Assembly (NCBI GenBank): GCA_044892505.1
Contig: CM097883.1
Location: 330,832,001 to 330,896,000, forward strand
Direction of reading: 5' to 3'
DNA: 64,000 bases
Source of the DNA: Schmidtea nova
Taxonomy: Eukaryota
Both the position numbers and the translations under genes were made by a program. How positions within the stretch are numbered: the stretch's first letter is position 1; each line of letters starts with the position of its first letter. The notes below the pieces were generated by a model that worked only from the letters and a program-made list of their open reading frames with translations, had not been told where the DNA came from and did not search any database. Positions 24,601-36,069 of the stretch are shown one piece after another.

Positions 24601-26414
24601 GCCGAATTCAACTTTCTATCAGTCAGGCGGAATCCAAAAGAACGAGAGCCGATATACGCAAGACTGGACCGAAGTGTAGAAGTTTCAATTGCAATTATAT
24701 CACTGCGATTTGATGTTTTCTCATGGTAATCTAAATTAAATGGTTTTCTTGCTTACTTTTTGTCGTTGTAGTTGTTTGAGGAATGTGATTATGAGTGAGG
24801 GTGGAAAACTACCATGACTGGAGAAATGTGGAATGAACATGCTTCAGAGGACGACACCAACTATACACGGTTAACGATGTAACTAACTTTAATGTCATGA
24901 TTGAATAACTACCTACTTCTGTGTTCGTATGAAAAATTTCATTCCATATGGAACAACTAAGGCACGACGTATATACCCGCGAAGAACGTCAGTTACAGAG
25001 ACGCAGCCATCTCTTAGAGGGAAAAATAAACAGGCAATACCTGGAGCTAGAGGAGGTGAAGAATTCTTGGTTTACTCCGGATCGGATGAGGGACGCCTTA
25101 AAGAGTCGTGACAGAGCAGTTAGAGCATTGGAGGACTAAGTCAAGGAAATGGCAGCCGTGAGATTAGAGCTGAATCACTGTCTGAAAACAACAAACGCGG
25201 AGTTTATCGAAAACCATCTGAGAAGGCAGATTCGTGCTTATACATTTGAACGATAGGTACCGACTAGCACCTTCAACTAGCAGGGCTACAAAATTCACTG
25301 CCGAGCTCGCAGATACCTCTATACCAACGTCTCTCAAGGTAAAGAAGAGAAATCGGTGGAACAAAAAGGTGCCGAGAACGAAATCAGTTTGCTGAGAAAT
25401 TAAGGATAGAAGTAGATCTGCTAACCGGACTATCTGAAAGACTGTTAATCAAAGTCATCAACACCAACGTCTTTTTGGGTTAAAATAAATGTTTATCTTC
25501 GTAATTTGGGGGTTTGTGTTATCTGTTTGCTTGAACGAGTGATGGGATTCAGCATGAAAATTTAACAGACGAATAGCCAGCATGTTATATTAGAGGGACC
25601 GAGTCCTTCTATCGGTAGTGGTGGACCCGTAGCATTATTAGGGGAATAGTAAATACCTAATTTGCTCAGATGTCCTATTAATCTACACCGCTAGGTACAG
25701 GACCAACATGACGCGCAATTAGGGGCACGTCATGGGTACCAGCGCGGGTGAACATTTTTATGTTGGTAAGGTTACCCTAATCCGACCAACTAACAGAACC
25801 TGTGCTAACGTCGACCAGCACACCAGCATAGGGTATTTACGGGTACATGTGCGTGTTCTAACACTAGCGTAAGTGAAAGACTGAGAATACCGAAATGTCG
25901 GAACACAATTTTTTAACAACACGTCCAACAAATGTTTTAAATTAAAATATTTATCTCGAAAATATTTGTTGCATTAATCGTGATTTTGAGATTAGATTAA
26001 AAATAATAAATTGGAAAATTGTGAGATGATTGAACAATCAAATGTCATAGCCTCTAATAAATATCATCTGCATATCATTGGGATAGGATCAACTATCTGT
26101 GCTGCATAACATTAAACGACATCTAATATAATTTAGGGAAAGAACAAATTATCTAAATAATTCCATAACAAAATTCAATTTCGTTTTCTCAATGAATTAA
26201 GAAATCAATTCATATAATAACGACTTGACCTGTCACAAGATTTGGATTTCTTTAACAATTTTGGACCTATAAAAATAATATAATAATAACCAGATGCGTA
26301 GTAACAACTTATAGTAAAATCAAATAAATTAATCCAACACATGTAAATGTCACAGTAAAAGTATGAAGTTCAGTAAATGTGTACATTGTCTGAAATTCAT
26401 ACTTTAACTGTAAC

Positions 26415-26420
<6 letters not shown>

Positions 26421-26483
<63 letters not shown>
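26421..26483. repeat. (AT)n microsatellite
   Basis: Pure AT run. Confidence 0.95.
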
Positions 26484-26484
<1 letters not shown>

Positions 26485-26539
26485 CCCATAACTGTAATTC
26501 AACAAGAAAACAAATAATTCGTAGTTATTGCCAAGAAAG

Positions 26540-27730
26540 CCCAGGATTTACTTAATTTCAAAGTTAAGAATGGAAAAAGCATTGAAGAAGTGCTAAATTG
26601 AATTAGGGATAATGAAGGATGGATCCCAATGAATAATCTGTGTATTATAGTTTGCATTGTTATTGTTCGATGAAACAGGTATTTTTTGACATTATTTTAA
26701 AACGGAAAAAGTTACAAAGAAAGAAACTAAATCATCGTTTATTTACACCTTTACAATAAAATAATCAATTAGCAATATGATTGTGTAACTGGTGGAAGTC
26801 AAAGGAGATAAAAGATTTGCTTTATCTAAATCAGAGTTAGAAATCTTTTAATTTAGAATTCAGTCGTTAAGAAATTGTAAAAGATATTATTTCTAAACGA
26901 ATTAGAAGTGCTGCGCTTAAAAAATATAATTTTAACACCCCTTATGAAATAATAAAACATATTGTCGTCTGAAATATATGTTAATGCTATTCAAAAAAAA
27001 AAGACTTTTTCAGATGTTTTGAAACCAGAAAATAATTCTAATCATGGACATCCAAGTCGGAAAATAGATGGACAAGATTCAAAATATATTAATATTGGCA
27101 TTATAAAAGTTGAAAACAGAAATATTGCTGCTTAGCCAGTTATACCAAGCAGAAATTATGAAAATAAAGTAAGTTATGATTTTGAGAATACTTCTGGCAT
27201 TGGGAAGATTGATAATAAAAGTCAAAGATACCAATATGAATAAAAGATGGCAAAATTAAACATTAAAGAAGAATTCGAGCTACCTTATCAACACCAATCA
27301 AGTGGATTAGCTTAATTTTTAAAACGAATCTCAAGACAAAAAAACAACACCATTAAAAAGTAAATATGTAAAAAGAAATTGATTTGAATTACTACCACGA
27401 ATTGAATTCAGCATTAATATAATGCAATGTAGCTCCATAGAATTTTCACTATTTGAAATATTATATGGAAGATTAATATTCATTCCAAATTGAATGTCCA
27501 AGAAACAAGCAGCTCAGAGATTTTAATAAAAATGAGTCAATTTGAAAGTGGAGAATGGATGTCAAGAAACTTTAAAAAGAGGGCAAAAAGGGTTTTAGTT
27601 CGAATGAAAATACACAAGATACAGAAAAATTATTTCCAGTAAGAATTAGCATTTCAAATAATCAGATCTACCTCTCCTACTTAAAAAGAGCTCAAGTCTT
27701 CAAATGGAATAAAATGGCTGAAAAAGTTAG
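26540..27730 (+). mobile_element. Highly degenerate gypsy-like pol (integrase) remnant
   Basis: EFELPYQHQSSGLA resembles the integrase PYxHQSNGxxER motif; many stops and frameshifts. Confidence 0.5.
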
Positions 27731-28181
27731 CAAGCTCCTAGAAAACGATGAGTTATGATATATGAGTACATATATCAATGTTTTAATAGCTTACAAATTG
27801 TTTTAATAATAAATATAGAATGAATTTTAAGCGTTATTTTGAATGGATGAAATTAAACCCATAACTAAACAAAGTCAAAATAAAAATAAAAATAAAAATA
27901 GGTAACATTAATAAGAAAAACAATACCTAATACTTAAATAAAAATAAATTTAATAATACATTTGCTTATTGCTATAAGGTTAACTATGGATATTTTTTGT
28001 TTTTAATTGAAGTACCTATAATCGTTTTATGTTGAGCATACTTTTACTAAATCAGGTTAGCATTTAGCTAAGCAAAGTTTACATTTCATAGGTTGTAAAT
28101 ACATTTACATATAAAGTTAGTAAATGCCTGTTTATTGAAACATATACAACACCTCTCAATCATTAAGGCCATCCAATAATA

Positions 28182-29179
28182 CTTGGTTGGTTCACGAAGT
28201 ACTTGCACTCGATATCAAAAATAAGAGATATTATAATAACTTTATGTTTCCATTGTAGAGAATTTATAAAAGGTTAGAAATCTTCATTTTGTTTTATTTA
28301 ACCAATATTTGTTTAGAGCAAATATTTAATCATTCAAAATATGGCAATTTTAAGCATTGAATATCGGTCGGTGATTGAGTTTTTTGTAATGCGCGAGGCT
28401 TCAAGATTAGAGATATTAGCAATGCTCCAAGAGACGTATAAAGAAGACTGTCCATATGATAGAACTATTTATTATTGGATTAGTGAATTCAAAAGTGGAA
28501 GAATGTCAGTTATTGATGAATCAAAGCAAGGAAGACCGATTGAAATTGATGTAGAGAGAAAGAAAAATCATATTGAATCGTTAATTAAAGACGAACGAAG
28601 GATTACAGTTAAAAAATTTGGCGAAGGAGGTCAATGCCAGTGTCGGTAAGTGTCATGAAATGATAAAAGAGATGGGTGTGCGGAAGTTGTGCAGCAAGTT
28701 TGTTCCTTATTTTTTATCAGTTGAAATGTGTGAAAAAAGGCTAATGATTTGTGAACACAATCTTGCACTGTTCGAGGAACATAGTGAGTCATTTTTGAAA
28801 AACATTATAACGGAAGACGAGACACTACTAAGTCTTTATATTCCTGAAAGTAAAAGATCTTCAGCAGAATGGAAGTTTCTAGATGAAAAGCCGACAAAGA
28901 AGCTGAAATCTGGAACCATTCACCGTCGAAATTTGATGCTCTCGATTTTTTGGGATAGTGATGGAATAATCAATATTGATTTCACAGATAGACAAGTTAA
29001 AATTAACAGTGTTTATTATTCTAATCTCATTGAACAAACTCGGAAGCTTCGACGAAAAAAGAAAAACACAAATTTGTGGCTGCTTCACGACAATGCTCCA
29101 ATTCATGCATCAAAACTTGTGTCGGAGAAAATTGTTCGATGTGGCTTTTCAACATTGGAACATCCAGCTTATAGTCCTG
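28182..29179 (+). mobile_element. mariner (D34D) element, left part
   Basis: TA, then TIR CTTGGTTGGTTCACGAAGTACTTGCA. Transposase 28341-29179 with an HTH region, a frameshift near 28617, IITEDET, LLHDNAPIH and HPAYSP, cut at 29179. Confidence 0.92.
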
Positions 29180-29530
29180 AGTAGGAGGCTATGAGCGCAC
29201 TGAACCACTACCCCCCATGTGTGTATATTACGTAATCGCTCGGACTTTACATAGCACACGTGATTATGTAATTCTCGGGTTTTACATAGCACACACATTA
29301 TTACGTAATATTTCTCGGCCGTTTACATAGCACACAAATTATGACGTCATGATTACGTAATCGAGGTCAAAGGTCAAGGTCATTTTTTTTGTTTTAATTT
29401 TAATTTTTTGGCGCCATTTTTGAATTTTACTGCCGTTTTGTTTAAATAAAGTAAATTATTTTTTTTGGCGCAATTTTTGAATTTTAGAGTCATTTTGTTT
29501 AATCAAAGTAAATTTTTAGCGCAATTTTCA
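29180..29530 (+). promoter_or_regulatory. Terminal motif cluster of the palindromic element (mirrored at about 43280-43630)
   Basis: TTACGTAA at 29228, 29301 and 29353; ACATAGCACAC three times; TGACGTCA at 29342; AGGTCA three times at 29364-29382; TTTTGGCGC at 29406 and 29463. Confidence 0.5.
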
Positions 29531-29825
29531 AAAGTTTTAAATAATTTTTTTTTATTTTATTATTTTATTTAATATTATTTTTATTACTAATAATATTTTA
29601 TAAGTATTATTATTTTATTTAATATTATTTTTATATAATTATTTTTTATTACAATTAGTATTTTATAAGAATTATTATTATTTTTATTACAATTATTTTT
29701 ATTACAATTATTTTTATTACAATTAATAATATTTTTATTATTATTATTATTATTATTTTTTATTATTACTTTTATCATTATTACAATTATTAATATTTTT
29801 TATTACAATTTTTATTACAATTATT

Positions 29826-29840
29826 ATTATTATTATTACA

Positions 29841-29899
<59 letters not shown>
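29826..29899. repeat. (TTA)n microsatellite (mirror falls in the N gap 42803-43010)
   Basis: Long trinucleotide run. Confidence 0.9.
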
Positions 29900-29900
<1 letters not shown>

Positions 29901-31739
29901 ATCTATCAAGGAAAGAGAAGACAAGATAAAGAACATGTGCTTTAATATTGCCAGTCCTAAAGAGCGGTGATTAAATGCCTGTGCCTAAAAGACACGCTGG
30001 GCAAGTAATCGCGTCCACAAGGGTCGTCGGTGCCTCCCCCAAAGTGGGGTCAATAGGACCTGGGCATCAATAGTTCGCTATCTATAGCGATCACGTCTCA
30101 GATAAGCAAGGGTAGCCAGCTACCAAGACATCATCTACAACGTAGTGTTTCATACGCCATGAATGTGCCGGCAAGATATCGTCATAGACACTAATGACCG
30201 AAATTAATTAATATGTTGTCAAAAAATAAGCAAACATCGCAGAGGCCTCCAATTTGGTTGGATTACGGTCGCCCACCACAACGACTGGCATGCTTCGAAA
30301 AAAATAAAGGGTGAAAACGGAACCCACCCACCCTAATATATTTTAAAATAAAAAACAAATTAAATTTTTCTCTTCTTTTTGTCCTCAAGCATCTAGTTTT
30401 ATCTAAAATTAATAAATAATTTAATTTTCAAATAAATTACCAGTCCCAAAAGTTTCTCCCGGCTCGTTGAAATAATTATCTAAAATAAAATTATTAATAA
30501 ATATCATATTTGTTTTAATTAATTGTTTGTACTGAAATACATTTATTTAAAAAAAAAAACTATTACTAATTTAACTAAACATTATTTAAATTATTAGTTT
30601 ACACTGAAATACAAAATTTTTTCTAAAATAATTACTTAAAGTTAAATTAATCTTGTTTAAATTATTTATTTTCCTTAAACTGCGGAAATTTACAATATTT
30701 ATAAAAAGTTAATTTAAAATTATTATTAAGTTTAATTATTATAAAATTTATTAATTAAATTTGTTTTAATTTATTTTTTGCATTAAAATGCATTTATTTA
30801 AAAAATAATAACAAAATTTACTAAAATACTAAATTAAATTTAAATTAGCAAAACTAAAATTAAATTGTTTTGATTAATAACTTTCCTAAGTGTGAAAATT
30901 TAATAAAATAAAAAGTCAATTTAAAATTAATGCTAAGATTAATTATTATTAAATTGATTAATGAAATTTGTTGTGATAATAATTCCCTTAAAAATGTAAA
31001 AATTTGAATATTTAAACTTTAATTTACAAAAATTAGCTAAAATATTACACAAATAATTTATGTTAATCTTAATTTAATTACTTTAAAATAAAAATACTTA
31101 CATAACCGATTTCGAATTTTTTCCTCCATATATTAAACATTTCATCATACCTAAAAATCTAAATTAAAAGTATATTTATAAATAAAAAATAAACTTACAA
31201 TTATCCAATTTCATTTAAATTAACATCTAAATAAAAAGTAATTAATTAGTTAAAAATTAAAAGATTTCATACTCTTAATTTTGAATTTCATCTAAAATAA
31301 AATAATTAATTTGAAATAATAAAACAAAAAGACTTACTTGAATAATTTATTATTTAAAAAGTTTTTACTTAAGCTTTGCATTAACCTAAATTAAACTTAT
31401 AAATTATTGTAAACTATAATATAACTTTTAAAATTTTTATTTAAACTATAATTTGTAATATAACTTTGAAAATTTTTATTTAATTTACAATCTAACTTAT
31501 ATTAAGATTTTATTTTAGAGTTTGTAATAAATTTTATTTTAACTTTAGATTTAATTTTCAATTTAGTAGAATTGTCTAAATTGATGAGAAATAGGAGTTT
31601 TAGTTGAACTTTAAATAAAAGTGGTTCATGAATGACCTAATTAATATCAGTTAAACATGTTGGAGTATGTAAATCTTGCGTCCAATGGCTATATTTATGT
31701 GTTTTTTTATCAAACATTCAGACTAATTTGATCGGAACC

Positions 31740-32170
31740 CCGTGTATCAAAGTTGATGGCGGCATCTTATTACATGGAATTCGATGGGTCAAAGATGATA
31801 TCGGCATATTAACGGTTGTTGAATTTTAATGGATGGGATCGTAATTGTACTATATTTAATATTTTATATACAAATTAACATACACGTGTGTTTTTTTTTA
31901 TCAAATATTGGGATTAATTTTATTGGATTTGGGAACCAGGTGGGTCAAAGGTGATAGGTAAATGGTACTATATTATTACATGAGATGCGATGGGTGAAAA
32001 TCGATAGGCGAATGACGCTATCTTGGGATGTGATGGGACAAAGCTGATAGGTAAATGGTGTTATATTATTACATGGAATGCGATGGGTCAAAACTGATAA
32101 GCAAATGACACTATCTTCTAACATGGGATGCGATGAGTCAAAACTGATAGAATAATGGCGGTATCATTGG
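31740..32170 (+). repeat. Degenerate ~45-50-bp tandem repeat (mirror about 40550-40980)
   Basis: Recurrent catgg(a/g)atgcgatgggtcaaa(a)ctgata(g/a)g.aaatg. Confidence 0.7.
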
Positions 32171-33589
32171 GTAGATCACAGTTATAGTATAAAGTTTTAT
32201 TGGATGGATTCGTAACTGTCAGGTAATTTATTAACTAATTTATGTGTAAATAAGAGGGATTTCTTAGTGAAAACATCCTGTTAAGGGTTTTTGTACTTAT
32301 TTTTTTAGTAATCATTTTGTCATTTATTAGTGGTATTTGACAACAATTGATAACAAATACTGGTTTTCGGAGTAAATCGATGAGGTTTAGACAATCAATT
32401 GGACAAATACATTGATTCAATCATGAACACAAGTTGCAACATTTGTCAAATTTTTCTAAAATATTTCAGATAATGCATGGTGGGTGTATACGATAAATGA
32501 TTGTGACCTGTATGAGACATGTGTGAATTATTCATGATATGCATTTGTTGAGCTGCATGCATATGTGAGTCACTTCATGTTTGTTGTACTCGTATTGCAT
32601 GCAAATTGTTTTACTAATATCCCAAAATTTTAAAATTAAACACTGACCAGTGAAATATTTTTAATAAAAACTTTAATAAAAAAGACAAATTGACTGATTT
32701 ATTAATTATCCACAATACATGTGAAATGATATTTTCCCAACTCTTTCCTCAAAATGATAAATCTTCCATCTATCAATGCAGATTTTACATTTTACATAAG
32801 ATCGATCCCAGTTGACATCCATATTCGAAATGGTATAATCTCTGGGGTCCAATATATTCTTTTAATTGATAAAGCTATTGGATATTAAAAGTTTCATCAG
32901 TTTTTCTAAAAATCAAATTTAAAATGAAAATAATTAAAATTTATCATTGGATGTTAAATTTGACATTAAATGAATAACAAATGATATTTATTTATGAATA
33001 TTTAATTACTAGATATAATTTGATAAAATATTGAATAAATGTGCCCAAAACAATACAGATGGGTTTATAATCACCAAGATTCTGCTACTAGAGTTCTGGT
33101 GCTCATTAACTTTGTTAGTCAGGTAAACGAATTACATTTGTTGAAGCAACTCTGTGTAAACATTGTCTTATTTGATATGTGTTAAAGTGATAGTTTACCG
33201 GGTAACATGAGCATTTCTAGCAATGTAGCATTTTCATCATGGTCATTATCAAATATAGTGAAATTCATGTGATCATATATTGGTTTGAAGATAAGCTCAA
33301 AAACCATCACAAATAGGTTATGTTACCAAATGTTCTGCTATCAAGGTTTATGATATCATTTTAAAGTAAAAAATTATCAATTTTACTTTAGAAAAAGTAT
33401 ATTTGTTATTAAAGATATATTCAAGTGGAAAGCTTTTGGGCTAAAGAAAAAAAAAGGGTTCTGTTACCAAAGATGATGCTACCGAGGTTCTGCCACTATG
33501 ATAAATAAATGACAAAAAGCATCACATGATACTGAGAGGGTAAATACACATGATAAATTATCATAATATAGAAATCATTACATACAAAA

Positions 33590-34520
33590 TATTTTATACA
33601 GTATAGTACAAACATACACACACGCAAAATATATAAAAATTTATGACATACAGACAAATTATCATCACATTATAGTGCAAAACACAAATGAAATATCATT
33701 ACATACAAGAATTACACACAAAGGATATCATCACATACATACAAAATAAACACACACATACAAAATCGAATCACAAAATGTCATCATACTATAGTGTAAT
33801 AGCATCTAAAATACATCAAAAATATACAAAATATCAAAAACACATAGAAAATCAACAAAGATGCACAAAAATATCAAGACTACATAGAAATTCATCACAC
33901 AGAAAATATCAAAAATACAGAGAAATTCATTACACACACACAAAATATCATCACATATATGAAATATCATCACAAAATGTCATCATACTTTAGTGCACTA
34001 ACATTGAAAATACACTAAAAATCATCAAAAGTACACACGAAATATCAGAAATATTTTGAAACTTATCAAGAATTGCAAACAAAATATCAAGAATACATAG
34101 AAATTCATCACATACACACAAATCATCAAAAATACACAAAATATCCAAAACACATGAAAATCATCAAACATACACACAAATTATCAAAATATACATAGAA
34201 ATTCATCACACATACAAATATTATCACATATATGAAGTATCATCACAAAGTTTTATCATACTATAGTTCTTTAACATAGAAAATATATCAAAAATCAACA
34301 AAGATACACAGAAAATATCAAAAATACAGAGAAATTCATCACACACACACAAAATATCGTCACAAAATGACATAGAAAACACATAGAAAACACATAGAAA
34401 ACACAGAAAGCATATAAAAAATACAAAGAAAATCATCAAAAATACAGATCAAATACAGATCAAATATCAAAAAATACATAGAAAATCATCACATACATCA
34501 GAAATTATCATTGAAATATT
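33590..34520 (+). repeat. A/C-rich degenerate minisatellite (mirror about 38200-39130)
   Basis: Recurrent aaatatcatcacatacac and aaaatacatagaaa units; these account for the spurious ORFs here. Confidence 0.8.
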
Positions 34521-34803
34521 ATGAAAGTGTACGGAAATATTGTGAAATGTATGTTCAAGTAAGAAGCTTTCAAACCTATCACAATTTGTGTCTGTTACTG
34601 GATAAAACTGAAACATTGTGATAATGTAATTGATTAAAGATCATAATGGGTTATGTTAATGAATAATGTTGATTGTAACAATAATAACCATATGTGGGAG
34701 TAATAAGCTTTGGCAGATAAAAACCATCACAAAAGAGGTTCTGCTAATAAAGGTTCTGCTAGAAAGGTTCATTATTCACTTTAACAAATAATAAACATTT
34801 AAA

Positions 34804-35113
34804 ATGAACATTATAACAAATTTTATGAACGAAAACCCAAGTGGAAAAGAAAATGGTAAATTTATTTTTTAATTTATTATCATTTAGTATTAATTTAGGT
34901 AATATCAATAATTCGATATCAATAAATATCAATAATTCGATGTTAGAAAATGCGGAAGAAAATGGTATTTGATCATTAATTTAGTAAATTATTTAATTTT
35001 TACTTTAGGTGATGTAAATATGACTGGACAAACTACCGTACAAACTAAGATTGTTAATAATGAGAATATTATGAATAATGGAGTTATAACTGATGTGATA
35101 TTGAATGCCCAAT
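34804..35113 (+). other. Spliced micro-exon gene fragment, copy 1 (mirror 37610-37919, minus)
   Basis: ATG exon 34804-34855, 43-bp intron, exon 34899-34964, 44-bp intron, exon 35009-35113, then a GTAAGT donor. All introns are phase 1 and the spliced frame is open. Product unknown. Confidence 0.65.
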
Positions 35114-35759
35114 GTAAGTATTGATTAATTTTTAATTTTTTTATTACATTTTGATAATTAATTTAATAATTATTAAATTTTTGTATATAATTTGTAATAA
35201 TTCAAATAATTTTAACTTTGCGCAAACAATTAATTTAAACAAATTTTTTTAATATTTCTTTATTATTTTAAATTTGACATATATTTTCTAAAAATTCATA
35301 TTTTTATTAATTTATTTTTATATTTTAATGAATTTTCAAATGTGTTTTGGATAAATACATAGAATTCTCACAATTAAGGTATTAAATTTTACATTACTGC
35401 CTAAATTTCATAGTAACAACCATTGCAATCAAATAATATGGCAATATTATCGATATGCAAATTACCAAGTCAACTATATTTTCGACTCACCACTAAGACC
35501 GTCCATTATTTATTTCCTTTTATTTCTAACATTATCTCCTTTTAAATCAGTTTTCATGCACTAAAACATGCCCATTGCATTATTTTAAATAATGTTGATT
35601 GTAACAATAATAACTATATGTGGGAGTAATAAGCTTTGGCAGATAAAAACCATCACAAAAGATGTTCTGCTAATAAAGGTTCTGCTAATAAAGGTTCTGC
35701 TAATAAAGGTTCTGCTAGAAAGGTTCATTATTCACTTTAACAAATAATAAACATTTAAA

Positions 35760-36069
35760 ATGAACATTATAACAAGTTTTATGAACGAAAACCCAAGTGG
35801 AAAAGAAAATGGTAAATTTATTTTTTAATTTATTATCATTTAGTATTAATTTAGGTAATATCAATAATTCGATATCAATAAATATCAATAAATCGATGTT
35901 AGAAAATGCAGAAGAAAATGGTATTTGATCATTAATTTAGTAAATTATTTAACTTTTACTTTAGGTGATGTAAATATGACTGGACAAACTACCGTACAAA
36001 CTAAGATTGTTAATAATGAGAATATTATGAATAATGGAGTTATAAATGATGTGATATTGAATGCCCAAT
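35760..36069 (+). other. Spliced micro-exon gene fragment, copy 2 (mirror 36654-36963, minus)
   Basis: Direct duplicate of copy 1 at offset 956 with a few substitutions and intact splice sites. Confidence 0.65.

Noticed and set aside
25870-25890. GTGAAAGACTGAGA as RNase P CR-I
   Set aside because: It mismatches the GUCUGAG core, and no complementary CR-V was found downstream.
31740-32170. Repeat-spacer pattern as CRISPR
   Set aside because: Repeats are degenerate, linkers are related to each other, and there are no cas genes.
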